A DNA stretch of 64,000 nucleotides from an uncultured Pelagibacteraceae bacterium. Lineage in GTDB: Bacteria; Pseudomonadota; Alphaproteobacteria; Pelagibacterales; Pelagibacteraceae. This document shows positions 48,596 through 58,292 of this stretch, in pieces. Made by a program: the position numbers and the translations under genes. Where the stretch lies: assembly GCA_902554795.1 (NCBI GenBank), contig CACDQB010000001.1, positions 9,819 through 73,818 on the forward strand, written 5' to 3'. Each line of letters begins with the position of its first letter. Position 1 is the stretch's first letter. The notes beneath the pieces were generated by a model, which did no database searches, was not told the origin of the DNA, and saw only the letters and a list, made by a program, of their open reading frames with translations.

Positions 48596-49783
48596 CTATG
48601 AACGAAGCTTTTTTTTGTGAAAATTGATAAATCTTTCAACGTTAGATTTATTAAATGACTTATTTTCTTCAAATGAGACTTTTTTCATCGAGTAAGCGCC
48701 GCTATTAGTAACTCTAGATTGAATTGTAATATTTCCTTTATACAATTTAAGTTTAACTGAGCCATTAACTTTGCTTCTTTTTAAATCTACAATTTTTTGA
48801 AGTTTAAATCTTTCTTTTGAATACCAATAACCATTGTAAATTAACTCTGCATATCTAGACATTATCTGATCTTTTTTATGCATAGTTTCTTTGTCTAAGG
48901 TAACAGACTCAATTGCTCTATGAGCATTTATTAAAAGAGTTCCACCAGGTGTTTCATACACTCCTCTAGATTTAATACCTAAAAATCTATTCTCTACTAA
49001 GTCAACTCTTCCAATTCCATTTTTGCCTGCTAGATCATTTAACTTTGTTAATAATTTAGCTGGAGATAATTTTTTTCCATTAATCCCAAAAGGATCACCA
49101 TTTTTAAAATTAATAGTAACATAAGACGGTTTGTTTGGTGCTTTTTCAGGAGAAACTGTTCGTTGAAAAATAAATTCAGGAGCAGAATTTTTTGGATTTT
49201 CTAAAACCTTACCTTCAGTTGATGTATGAAATAAATTATCATCCACTGAAAAAGGAGGTGCACCTTTTTTATCTTTAGGAATAGCTATGCTATGTTTTTT
49301 TGCATAATTAATTAAGTCTGTTCTAGATTTTAGTTTCCAAATTCTCCACGGAGCTATAATTTTAATTTTAGGACCAAAATAATGATAACCCAATTCAAAT
49401 CTAACTTGGTCATTGCCTTTACCAGTTGCTCCATGTGAAACAGCATAAGCCTTAAATTTTTTAGCTACTCTTATTTGATCTTTTGCAATAAGAGGTCTTG
49501 CTATTGATGTCCCTAATAAATAAACACCCTCATAGATCGCGTGTCCTCTGATCATGGGATAAACATAATCCTTAACAAAAATATCTTTTAAATCTTTAAT
49601 AATTATATTTTTAACACCAAATTTTTTTGCATTAGTAATAATTTTTTTTCTATCAATTTCTTGTCCAACATCTGCTGTATAACAAATTACATCTGCATCA
49701 TAATTTTCTTGAAGCCATTTTAAAATTATAGAAGTATCGAGCCCTCCAGAATAAGCTAGAACAATTTTCTTTTTTGATTTCAT
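48596..49783 (-). CDS. argG: Argininosuccinate synthase
   Basis: LAYSGGLDTS, LGTSIARP, HGATGKGNDQVRFE, ENRFLGIKSRGVYETPG. Confidence 0.97.
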   Translation of the reverse strand: MKSKKKIVLAYSGGLDTSIILKWLQENYDADVICYTADVGQEIDRKKIITNAKKFGVKNIIIKDLKDIFVKDYVYPMIRGHAIYEGVYLLGTSIARPLIAKDQIRVAKKFKAYAVSHGATGKGNDQVRFELGYHYFGPKIKIIAPWRIWKLKSRTDLINYAKKHSIAIPKDKKGAPPFSVDDNLFHTSTEGKVLENPKNSAPEFIFQRTVSPEKAPNKPSYVTINFKNGDPFGINGKKLSPAKLLTKLNDLAGKNGIGRVDLVENRFLGIKSRGVYETPGGTLLINAHRAIESVTLDKETMHKKDQIMSRYAELIYNGYWYSKERFKLQKIVDLKRSKVNGSVKLKLYKGNITIQSRVTNSGAYSMKKVSFEENKSFNKSNVERFINFHKKKLRS

Positions 49784-49787
49784 CGAA

Positions 49788-50300
49788 TTAACTACAAGCT
49801 TTTCTAGAAGCGTTATAAGCTTTAGTAAATCCTAGTAATGAGTAATGATCAATTGTTTGAGAACCTTGTTGATTGTATCCAGTAATCATAATTCTAGATC
49901 CTTTTCTCATTTGTTTGATCATTTTTAGTTCAATTTTATTGTCAGCAATCCATGCAAAACCTTGCTCTTTAATATCAAATTTAAATTTGTTTTTTCCTGA
50001 AGCAGCAGTTACTGAATTATTTTTGTTAAATTCATAACCCGGAGTAACACTTACCTCATTTTTTATGTTGTCGTTTGGTCTGAATGCTACAAATAATTTT
50101 GCATCTCTTTTATTAGTTTTGGGTGCTTGTAGAATAGGCAGTGATTGAGCAAAGCATACTTTGCCATCAGCATCCATAACAACCATTGCTTCCCAATCTT
50201 TATATTTGCCAATTTTTTTAATTTCTTGTGCTGAAAGTTGAGTAACACCACTTATAAAAAATATTCCTAAAAATATTGTAATTTTTTTAATTATGGACAT
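49788..50300 (-). CDS. Invasion-associated locus B (IalB)-family exported protein
   Basis: Signal peptide, KYKDW...CFA, MRKG, D.YSLLGFTKAY...C. Confidence 0.8.
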   Translation of the reverse strand: MSIIKKITIFLGIFFISGVTQLSAQEIKKIGKYKDWEAMVVMDADGKVCFAQSLPILQAPKTNKRDAKLFVAFRPNDNIKNEVSVTPGYEFNKNNSVTAASGKNKFKFDIKEQGFAWIADNKIELKMIKQMRKGSRIMITGYNQQGSQTIDHYSLLGFTKAYNASRKACS

Positions 50301-51325
50301 GGATTTGGATAAATTGTTTGTACTTCGTTAATTTCTTTAATGACAGCATCAGATAAGTTTACATTTACACTTTCTATATTTGTTTTCAACTGCTCCATTG
50401 TAGTTGCTCCAATTATTACACTGGTCATAAAGTCTTGGATTTCACAAAATTTAATAGACATTTGACTCATATCTAGATCAAATTTTTCACTAATTTTGTG
50501 ATAATGCTCAACTGCATCCTCTGTATTTGGCTTTCTATACCTTGTCCAGAAATCAAAATCTCTCTCCATTCTTGATCCTTTAGGAAAATTTTTATTTCTA
50601 TATTTTCCACTTAAATATCCACTTGCAAGTGGAGAGTAAGCCAAGCAGCCAATATTTTCTCTTATAGAAACTTCAGCTAATCCAACTTCGTAAGATCTGT
50701 TTAATAAGCTATAAGGATTTTGAATTGACATCATCCTTGGTAATTTTTTGTCTTTAGATAATTGGAGATAATTTAAAACTCCCCATGGGGTTTCATTTGA
50801 CAAACCAACATATCTTATTTTTCCCTGATCAATATATTTATTTAATTCTGCAAGAACATCTTCAAATTTATTCCACTCGTTTTCTTTGTGAACATAACCA
50901 AGTCTTCCAAAATTATTTACATTTCTTTCTGGCCAATGAAGTTGATATAAATCTATATAATCGGTTTTAAGTCTTTTAAGACTATCATTTAAAGCAGATT
51001 CTAAATTTGGACCTGCAAAACTATTTTCTCCACTTCTTAAATAATTTCTTGCTGGGCCAGCAACTTTTGTTGCAAGAATGACTTTCTCTCTTTTTTTTGT
51101 ATTTTGAAACCAGTTCCCAATAATTTCTTCTGTATCACCGTAGGTTTCTTTTCTAGGAGGTACTGCATATAATTCAGCAGTGTCCCAAAAGTTCACTCCT
51201 TGATCTAAAGCAAAATCCATTTGTTCAAATGCTTCAAGTTCAGTATTTTGCTCTCCCCAAGTCATAGTACCGAGACAAATTGTACTTACTTTAATATCGG
51301 TATTACCTAAATTTTTGTAATTCAT
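50291..51325 (-). CDS. tas: Aldo/keto reductase (Tas-like)
   Basis: LGTMTWGEQN, DTAELY, ATKV, DLYQLHWP, GLSNETPWG, QNPYSLLNR, AYSPLA. Confidence 0.88.
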   Translation of the reverse strand: MNYKNLGNTDIKVSTICLGTMTWGEQNTELEAFEQMDFALDQGVNFWDTAELYAVPPRKETYGDTEEIIGNWFQNTKKREKVILATKVAGPARNYLRSGENSFAGPNLESALNDSLKRLKTDYIDLYQLHWPERNVNNFGRLGYVHKENEWNKFEDVLAELNKYIDQGKIRYVGLSNETPWGVLNYLQLSKDKKLPRMMSIQNPYSLLNRSYEVGLAEVSIRENIGCLAYSPLASGYLSGKYRNKNFPKGSRMERDFDFWTRYRKPNTEDAVEHYHKISEKFDLDMSQMSIKFCEIQDFMTSVIIGATTMEQLKTNIESVNVNLSDAVIKEINEVQTIYPNPCP

Positions 51326-51404
51326 TAGAAATATTAAGTTAAAATTTTGTTAATCTTTTAAGGTATCTTGAATAATTAGTAAAAGAATATATATATTACT
51401 CATT

Positions 51405-52166
51405 ATGGAATTTGATAAAAACGGAATACTAAATAGAGCAAAAACAGCACAACAATCAGCTGCTGTAATGGATGAAGGCTTAAGAGCTTACATGCTAAAA
51501 GTCTATAACTACATGGCAACAGGTATATTGCTAACTGGAATAGTAGCACTATTAACATTCAAAATGTCTGTTGTTACTAATGATGCAGGTTCAATCGTTG
51601 GTTTAACGCAGATGGGGAATGCAATTTATTTATCAGGTCTTAAATGGCTTGTAATGTTAGCACCTCTAGGTATCGTTTTTTACATGAGTTTTGGAATTAA
51701 TAAGATGAGTGCATCAAAGGCACAAACTACGTTTTGGGTTTTTGCAGCTTTGATGGGTCTATCATTATCTTCAATATTATTGGTTTATACTGGAATGAGT
51801 GTAACAAGAGTTTTCTTCATTACCTCTGCAACATTTGGAGCGATGAGTATTTATGGATACACAACTAAAAGAGATCTTACAAAGTTCGGATCTTTTTTAA
51901 TGATGGGTCTAATTGGAATAATTATAGCTTCAATTGTTAATATCTTTATGAAATCTTCTATGATGTATTTTGTGATTTCAATTTTAGGTGTTTTAATATT
52001 TGTTGGTTTAACAGCGTATGACACTCAAAAAATCAAAAATATGTATGTTGCTTCAGACTCAGGTGAGTTAATGGGCAAGAAAGCTGTAATGGGCGCTTTA
52101 ACTTTATATTTAGATTTTATCAATTTATTTATAATGTTGTTAAGATTATTTGGTCAAAGAAGATAA
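51405..52166 (+). CDS. Bax inhibitor-1/YccA family membrane protein
   Basis: DEGLRAYMLKVYNYM, YGYTTKRDL, TAYDTQKIK, GALTLYLDFINLF. Confidence 0.93.
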   Translation: MEFDKNGILNRAKTAQQSAAVMDEGLRAYMLKVYNYMATGILLTGIVALLTFKMSVVTNDAGSIVGLTQMGNAIYLSGLKWLVMLAPLGIVFYMSFGINKMSASKAQTTFWVFAALMGLSLSSILLVYTGMSVTRVFFITSATFGAMSIYGYTTKRDLTKFGSFLMMGLIGIIIASIVNIFMKSSMMYFVISILGVLIFVGLTAYDTQKIKNMYVASDSGELMGKKAVMGALTLYLDFINLFIMLLRLFGQRR

Positions 52167-52168
52167 AT

Positions 52169-52516
52169 TTATTTTTGAAGTTTCTTCCAGTTCGTATTTT
52201 TTAGTAAAATTCTAAGATCGTAAGAATTTTTTAGTATTTTACCACTCGTATCAGTAATCAAATATTTAAGATTTTTATTTTTAGGCTTAAAATTTTTACA
52301 AATTTTATAAAGAGCATTTTCAGTAGCATTTCTAAAAACACTAAACCCCACTTGTTTACTAGAAATACTTAAACCGTAATCTTTCCAAGAACCTTCTGAA
52401 ACCATCTTGGCATATAAGTCTAATATAATTTTTAGCTCATCTTTTTCAAAAAAATGTTTTTCTTCTATTTTATTATGCGGATTATTTACTACTAATTTTA
52501 AATTACTACGCATCAA
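52169..52516 (-). CDS. DUF2794 family protein
   Basis: FEKDELKIILDLYAKMVSEGSWKDY...FSVFR. Confidence 0.8.
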   Translation of the reverse strand: MMRSNLKLVVNNPHNKIEEKHFFEKDELKIILDLYAKMVSEGSWKDYGLSISSKQVGFSVFRNATENALYKICKNFKPKNKNLKYLITDTSGKILKNSYDLRILLKNTNWKKLQK

Positions 52517-53060
52517 TCTTATGTTTATTAATTAATGGTACCTGAAACCCTGTAAATATTATTGTTATTGGAAGCATTCCCCATACTTTAAAATTAACCC
52601 AAAATTCTTCTGTTTGAGTTCTCCAAACAATTTCATTTAATAAAGCAAGACCAAAGAAAAAATACATCCATCGTTTATTAAGAATTTCCCAACCAATATC
52701 AGTTAGAGGAATAGATTTACCCATAATTTTTTTAAGAATAGGTTCATTGGTAAAATATTTCCCAAAAAATAACGCAAGAGCAAACATAATGTTAATGATA
52801 GTTGGTTTAACGTAAATAAATATAGGATCATTAAAGTAGATTGTTAATCCACCAAAAAAGGTAATTAAAATTCCACTTACCAAAGGCATTGGAGGAATTT
52901 TTTTTTCAAAAAACCAAACTACTGCTAATGCAACTAAAGTTGCAACTATTAGTGGAGGTATTGCTACAGATAAATTTTTACCACTATTATAATAATAGAA
53001 AAAAAATATTGCTAAAGGACCGAAATCAGTAACAAATTTTAAAAAAGATTTATTCACCAA
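52506..53060 (-). CDS. ispZ: Inner-membrane-spanning protein YciB/IspZ
   Basis: DFGPLAIFF, FGGLT, FIYVKPTI, LNEIVWR, WVNFKVWG. Confidence 0.93.
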   Translation of the reverse strand: MVNKSFLKFVTDFGPLAIFFFYYYNSGKNLSVAIPPLIVATLVALAVVWFFEKKIPPMPLVSGILITFFGGLTIYFNDPIFIYVKPTIINIMFALALFFGKYFTNEPILKKIMGKSIPLTDIGWEILNKRWMYFFFGLALLNEIVWRTQTEEFWVNFKVWGMLPITIIFTGFQVPLINKHKIDA

Positions 53061-53108
53061 AAAGATATTAACATATTTGCCACATCACAAAACATTTATA
53101 TTTTTAGC

Positions 53109-53137
53109 ATTGATTTTTATTTCTAAATACCCATACT
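53109..53137 (+). promoter_or_regulatory. Putative RpoH promoter of hspQ
   Basis: ATTG-N17-CCCATACT, ending 7 nt before the ATG at 53145. Confidence 0.55.
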
Positions 53138-53144
53138 AAGACTA

Positions 53145-53465
53145 ATGCCAGTTCAGAAAGCCAAATTTTCAATTGGAGATATCGTAAAGCATAAACACTT
53201 TGAATTTAGAGGTGTGATTTATGATGTTGATTTTGAATTTAACAATTCTGAAGAATGGTATCAGTCTATTCCAAAAAATGTTAGACCAAGAAAAGATCAA
53301 CCATTTTATCACCTATTAGCAGAAAATGATGAGATAACTTATGAAGCTTATGTTTCTGAGCAAAACTTGCTGATGGATGACTCTGATGAACCAATAAAAC
53401 ACCCTTTGATTGAAGAGATTTTTTCAGGAAAAAAAGGTTCTAGTTATTTCAAGCTTTCTAATTAA
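53145..53465 (+). CDS. hspQ: Heat shock protein HspQ (YccV)
   Basis: AKFSIGDIVKH, RGVIYDVD, PRKDQPFYHLLAE, YVSEQNL. Confidence 0.94.
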   Translation: MPVQKAKFSIGDIVKHKHFEFRGVIYDVDFEFNNSEEWYQSIPKNVRPRKDQPFYHLLAENDEITYEAYVSEQNLLMDDSDEPIKHPLIEEIFSGKKGSSYFKLSN

Positions 53466-53532
53466 GGCAACCATCATTCAACCACATTTAGCTCAAATCT
53501 AGGCCATACAAATTAGCTATATTTTTAGTATC

Positions 53533-53598
53533 TTCTGGTCAAGAGTGTTAAACGTTAATTTCAATCTTATTATCTCCCCTCTGCATTCTTGATCAGAA
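53533..53598 (+). ncRNA. Candidate structured RNA (long stem-loop) in the hspQ-ccmC spacer
   Basis: 15-bp stem TTCTGGTCAAGAGTG/CATTCTTGATCAGAA, fully paired on the + strand with two G:U pairs, and a 36-nt loop; no known family recognised. Confidence 0.4.
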
Positions 53599-53644
53599 AA
53601 CTATTTCATAATAGAAATCACCAAAAAAAATTCTAAATTAAAAT

Positions 53645-54352
53645 ATGTTAAAACTTTTTGAACCTAACAAGATTTTCAAAATTACGTCAAAAGCACCTAA
53701 GTACGTTTTATTTTTGTTTATTGTTGTATTAAGTGTTGGTTTAGTTGAAGCATTAGTCATATCTCCTGAAGATTACAAACAAAGTGATGCAGTTAGGATT
53801 ATGTATGTTCACGTTCCTGCTGCTTGGATTTCACTTGGAATATTTTCTTCTATAACTTTCTTATCTATTTGTGGTTTTGTATTTAGAAACAAAAACTTTT
53901 TTTTAATTTCTAAAAGTTTAGCTCCTTCGGGATTTGTTTTTAATATTATAGCTTTAGTTACAGGATCAATTTGGGGAAAACCAACTTGGGGAACATGGTG
54001 GGCTTGGGATGCAAGAATTACTTCAATGCTAATATTAGCTTTGTTCTATGCAATGTATTTAATTGTATGGAGAATTTATGATAAGGAAGAAAAAGTCTAT
54101 AAGATTTCAACTTTTATAACTATCTTAGGAATTATTAATGTTCCAATTATAAAGTACTCAGTTGATTGGTGGAATACACTCCATCAACCTGCATCTATTA
54201 ATATTTTGTCAAAAAGCTCAATTCATTCATCAATGCTTTACCCATTATTGATAATGACTGCGGCATTTGCTCTTTTTTCATTGTTAATTTTCTTAATGAA
54301 ATATAATACAGAACTGATAAAAATTAAAAATAAAGGCTTAGATAGATTATGA
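53645..54352 (+). CDS. ccmC: Heme exporter protein CcmC
   Basis: IMYVHVPAAW, WWD motif WGKPTWGTWWAWDARIT, WWNTLHQ. Confidence 0.97.
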   Translation: MLKLFEPNKIFKITSKAPKYVLFLFIVVLSVGLVEALVISPEDYKQSDAVRIMYVHVPAAWISLGIFSSITFLSICGFVFRNKNFFLISKSLAPSGFVFNIIALVTGSIWGKPTWGTWWAWDARITSMLILALFYAMYLIVWRIYDKEEKVYKISTFITILGIINVPIIKYSVDWWNTLHQPASINILSKSSIHSSMLYPLLIMTAAFALFSLLIFLMKYNTELIKIKNKGLDRL

Positions 54353-54576
54353 TAAATGAATTACTTTTTATGAATGGATATGCGGTGTACGTGTTATCTG
54401 CTTTTAGCTTTACCTTATTAAGTTTCCTAGGTTTATATTTGGTAACTAAAATGCAATTTGTTAAAGAACAAAACAAATTTGTTGCTAAATTTGGATCACT
54501 TACTGCTGAGCAAGCTAATTCTGCAAAATCACAAAGAATAAATAAAGAAATTTTAGCAAACGTAACAAATAATTAA
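54349..54576 (+). CDS. ccmD: Heme exporter protein CcmD
   Basis: MNGYAVYVLSAF single TM; lies between ccmC and ccmE. Confidence 0.8.
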   Translation: MINELLFMNGYAVYVLSAFSFTLLSFLGLYLVTKMQFVKEQNKFVAKFGSLTAEQANSAKSQRINKEILANVTNN

Positions 54577-54586
54577 CTTTTAAACC

Positions 54587-55006
54587 ATGTATGGTCGAAA
54601 AGTTAAATTAAGATTTCTGTTTGTAGTAATAATCTTAATTACTTTAATTCTAACAACATTTTTGATTTTAAAATCATTAGAGGAAAATGTTGTATATTTT
54701 CAATCTCCCTCTGAAATAAAATCACTTTCTGAAATAGATAAAAGCAAAATAAGAGTTGGAGGAATGGTTAAAAAAAACTCTATTTCTATAAGTTCAAATG
54801 AAGTTAACTTTATAATTACTGACTTTAAAAATGAAATAAATGTCACTTACTCGGGAGCAGTACCAAATTTATTTGCTGAAGGAAAAGGGGTTGTCGCAGA
54901 AGGTTTTTTGAAAGATAGAAACTTTTTCTCTGCAACAAAAATTTTAGCTAAGCATGATGAAAACTATATGCCACCAGAAGTGAAAGAAGCATTAGGAGAA
55001 AAATAA
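54587..55006 (+). CDS. ccmE: Heme chaperone CcmE
   Basis: [31 protein letters not shown]. Confidence 0.96.
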   Translation: MYGRKVKLRFLFVVIILITLILTTFLILKSLEENVVYFQSPSEIKSLSEIDKSKIRVGGMVKKNSISISSNEVNFIITDFKNEINVTYSGAVPNLFAEGKGVVAEGFLKDRNFFSATKILAKHDENYMPPEVKEALGEK

Positions 55007-55007
55007 A

Positions 55008-56882
55008 TTGATCTATAGTCTTTTAGGATATTATTCATTAATAATAGGATTAATTATTGGATTATCGTTATTTTATTTTTCATATAAAAATTTTAATAAC
55101 TCAAACATATTAGATACCAAACTATTATCATTTACATTTTTACAATTATTTTTTGTTGTTATTAGTTTTTTGTGTTTAATTTTTTCTTTTGTTGTTTCGG
55201 ATTTTAGTAATGAAACAGTATTTAATAATTCTCACACTACAAAACCATTATTTTACAAAATAAGTGGAACCTGGGGTAATCATGAAGGTAGTTTATTATT
55301 ATGGTTACTTGTTTTAACGTTATTTATTTTCTTATTTTTAGTAAGGACTAAAAATCAACCAGTAAAATACAAAATTTTAACTCTAGTTTTTCAACAAATA
55401 ATAATAGTTGGTTTCTTTTTATTTTTAATTAAAACATCAAATCCATTTAATTATATTTTTCCAATACCTACCGAAGGTCTTGGATTAAACCCAATTTTAC
55501 AAGACCCGGCTTTAGCAATTCATCCACCTATTTTATATTTAGGCTATGTTGGTTCTTCAATTATTTTTTCATCTGTTTTGGCAGCAACAAGTTTAAAAAT
55601 TATTTCTACTAGTTGGGCATCCCATATAAAAAAATGGATCTTAATTTCATGGATATTTTTGACTTTAGGAATACTGCTTGGATCAATTTGGGCTTATTAC
55701 GAATTGGGCTGGGGAGGTTTTTGGTTTTGGGATCCAGTTGAGAATGTTTCTCTTATGCCGTGGCTTGCATTAACCACTCTTTTACATTGTATTTTAGTAT
55801 TAGAAAAAAAATCTATTTTAACTTCATGGGTAATAATTCTTTCTATTGCAACATTTACATTAAGTATGTGTGGAACATTTTTAGTAAGATCAGGAATATT
55901 AAATTCAGTTCATACATTTGCTAATGATCCTGAAAGGGGTTTATTTATTCTTGTTTTTTTATTCATTTTAATTTTTTTATCTATTTTAATTTTTTTCTTT
56001 TTTCATAAAGATAATGACAGAAAATCTTATAGTTTTTTTTGGTTTAGCAAAGAAACTTCAATATTAATTAATAACTGGTTCATGATGTATTTTTTATCTG
56101 TTGTATTAATAGGTACCGTTTATCCAATTTTTTTAGATGTAATTTCTTCTCAAAAAATATCTGTCGGACCACCATTTTATCATAAATTGATAATTCCATT
56201 TTTAATTCCTTTTTTACTTATGATGGCGATAGGTCCAAAATTAAAATGGATCAAATCTAAATTAGAAGATAAGATTTATTTAATTTCTTTTTTAATTGTC
56301 TCAATTTTATTAGCATTTTTAGTATTAAAAAATTTTAATCAAAATATTTTAATAAATACAATTTTGATATCGAGTGCACTTTATTTATTTTTTATTACCT
56401 TGCGAGATTTTTTTGTAAAAAAATATAAAAACATTTCACAAAATATTGCTCATTTTGGATTTAGTTTATTGATCCTAAGTATCTTGTTTAACAATTTATT
56501 TGCAAGCGAAATTATAACAAATCTCAGGGTTGGTGAAACTTTTGAAAATTCGAGAACTAAGATAGTTTTTGAAAGTGTTGATCAGAAAAAAGAAAAAAAT
56601 TATAATGCTATTATTGCGAATTTTTCTATAAGTAATTTAAATGGTGAAGAGGATAGATTTTCGCCAGAGCTGAGAATTTATAATCAACCTGTCATTGCCA
56701 CAAGTGAAGCTGATATTAAAACAACACTTATGTCAGATAAATTTATTGTAATTAATCTGGTTCAAAATCAAGATTTTTTCAACGTAAGATACCAAGTGAA
56801 ACCATTTATGTTATGGATCTGGTTATCAGTAATTCTAATATCTTTTGCTGGCATTGTTAGCTTTTTACAAAAAAGATCATGA
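55008..56882 (+). CDS. ccmF: Cytochrome c heme lyase CcmF
   Basis: WGNHEGSLLLW, GLNPILQ, HPPILYLGY, WAYYELGWGGFWFWDPVEN, SVHTFA; TTG start. Confidence 0.97.
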   Translation: MIYSLLGYYSLIIGLIIGLSLFYFSYKNFNNSNILDTKLLSFTFLQLFFVVISFLCLIFSFVVSDFSNETVFNNSHTTKPLFYKISGTWGNHEGSLLLWLLVLTLFIFLFLVRTKNQPVKYKILTLVFQQIIIVGFFLFLIKTSNPFNYIFPIPTEGLGLNPILQDPALAIHPPILYLGYVGSSIIFSSVLAATSLKIISTSWASHIKKWILISWIFLTLGILLGSIWAYYELGWGGFWFWDPVENVSLMPWLALTTLLHCILVLEKKSILTSWVIILSIATFTLSMCGTFLVRSGILNSVHTFANDPERGLFILVFLFILIFLSILIFFFFHKDNDRKSYSFFWFSKETSILINNWFMMYFLSVVLIGTVYPIFLDVISSQKISVGPPFYHKLIIPFLIPFLLMMAIGPKLKWIKSKLEDKIYLISFLIVSILLAFLVLKNFNQNILINTILISSALYLFFITLRDFFVKKYKNISQNIAHFGFSLLILSILFNNLFASEIITNLRVGETFENSRTKIVFESVDQKKEKNYNAIIANFSISNLNGEEDRFSPELRIYNQPVIATSEADIKTTLMSDKFIVINLVQNQDFFNVRYQVKPFMLWIWLSVILISFAGIVSFLQKRS

Positions 56883-57397
56883 AAAATAAAATATTACCTT
56901 TTTCAGTTATTATTATTTTTGGAATAATATTTTTTATTTTTTACAAAGGTTTAGAAGACTCAAAAATATACACTCCAGATGTTAATACAAAAAAAGAGAT
57001 ACCAGTGTTTAATACCAAAGAATTTTTTTCTGGAGAAAATGTTAAATCATCAAGTATCTTTGAGTTAGATAAGGTTTACTTATTAAATATTTGGTCATCT
57101 TGGTGTGTACCATGTCGACAAGAGCATCCTCTTTTGATGAATTTAAATTTAGAGAATAAATTAAATATTATTGGGATGAATTATAAAGATAATTTAAAAA
57201 ACGCGGAAAATTTTTTAAAAGAACTAGGAAACCCTTATAAAGAAATCTTTATTGATTTAGATGGTACAATTGCGATTGAGTGGGGAGCATATGGGGTCCC
57301 TGAATCATTTTTAATTTATAATAATGAAATTATTAAAAAATATATTGGACCTCTTAACCAAGAATTAGTTGATGAAATTAATTTATTTATAAAATGA
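56879..57397 (+). CDS. ccmG: Thiol:disulfide interchange protein CcmG/DsbE
   Basis: N-terminal TM, WSSWCVPCRQEHP, GAYGVPES. Confidence 0.93.
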   Translation: MKNKILPFSVIIIFGIIFFIFYKGLEDSKIYTPDVNTKKEIPVFNTKEFFSGENVKSSSIFELDKVYLLNIWSSWCVPCRQEHPLLMNLNLENKLNIIGMNYKDNLKNAENFLKELGNPYKEIFIDLDGTIAIEWGAYGVPESFLIYNNEIIKKYIGPLNQELVDEINLFIK

Positions 57398-57756
57398 AAT
57401 ATCTAAAATTTTTTTTAATTATTATAATGTTATTCCCTTTAAGTATTATTAATGCTGAGGAGAACGATAAAAGAAATAAAATAACTAAAAATTTACGATG
57501 TCTAATATGTCAAGGTCAATCGGTTTATGATTCAGACTCTGAATTTGCAAACAGTTTAAAAATCGTCGTTGATAAAAAGCTTCAAGAAGGTCTTTCTGAA
57601 GATCAAATATATGAATATTTTAAAACTAAATATGGAGAATGGATACTCTACGATCCTGGTTTAAATAAAAACACATATATTCTTTGGTTATTGCCGATAT
57701 TGATATTCTTAATCGGGGGTGCAATAATCTACAAAAGCTTTATAGTTAAAAAATAA
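57394..57756 (+). CDS. ccmH: Cytochrome c biogenesis protein CcmH/CycL
   Basis: LRCLICQGQSV, KYGEWILYDP, LWLLP. Confidence 0.93.
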   Translation: MKYLKFFLIIIMLFPLSIINAEENDKRNKITKNLRCLICQGQSVYDSDSEFANSLKIVVDKKLQEGLSEDQIYEYFKTKYGEWILYDPGLNKNTYILWLLPILIFLIGGAIIYKSFIVKK

Positions 57757-57764
57757 ATTAATTA

Positions 57765-58280
57765 ATGATGAATTTAAAAAAATTTTTAATCAATCTGTTA
57801 ATGATCACATTTGCATTTTCTTCGATTGCAGAGGAAAAAGTTTTAAAAGATCAAAATACAGAATTCAGTGTTTACACAGGAATGTTTGATTTTAGTGATG
57901 ATGGAAAAAGATCAACTTTAATTGGCTTTCAACATCAAAATGAAAATTTAAATAGAGATACTTTTTTAGGTAATCTTTCACCGATTACAGGTGCATTATT
58001 AACAGCTGATAGCGCAGGATATATTTATACAGGTGTTCAGGCTCAATATAAGTTAGGAGTATTAAATTTTACTCCAAGCTTTACTCCAGGATTATATTTT
58101 GAGGGTGATGGTAAAGATTTAGGTCATTTAATTGAATTCAAAAGTGAATTACAAATTTCACTTGATCTATCTAGATCAAGTGAATTAGGCTTTTCTTACA
58201 ATCATATATCTAATGCCAGTCTAGGAGATAAAAATCCTGGGGCAAATAGTTATATGTTTAATTTCTTTAAAAGCTTTTAA
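57765..58280 (+). CDS. Lipid A 3-O-deacylase (PagL)-like outer-membrane beta-barrel
   Basis: Signal peptide, DLGHLIEF, HISNA (His-x-Ser) and NPGAN motifs, C-terminal Phe. Confidence 0.8.
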   Translation: MMNLKKFLINLLMITFAFSSIAEEKVLKDQNTEFSVYTGMFDFSDDGKRSTLIGFQHQNENLNRDTFLGNLSPITGALLTADSAGYIYTGVQAQYKLGVLNFTPSFTPGLYFEGDGKDLGHLIEFKSELQISLDLSRSSELGFSYNHISNASLGDKNPGANSYMFNFFKSF

Positions 58281-58292
58281 TAGACACACATC

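Noticed and set aside
53621-53637. Possible Irr (ICE) box upstream of ccmC
   Set aside because: Only the TTCTAAA half-site matches; expected by chance at this AT content.
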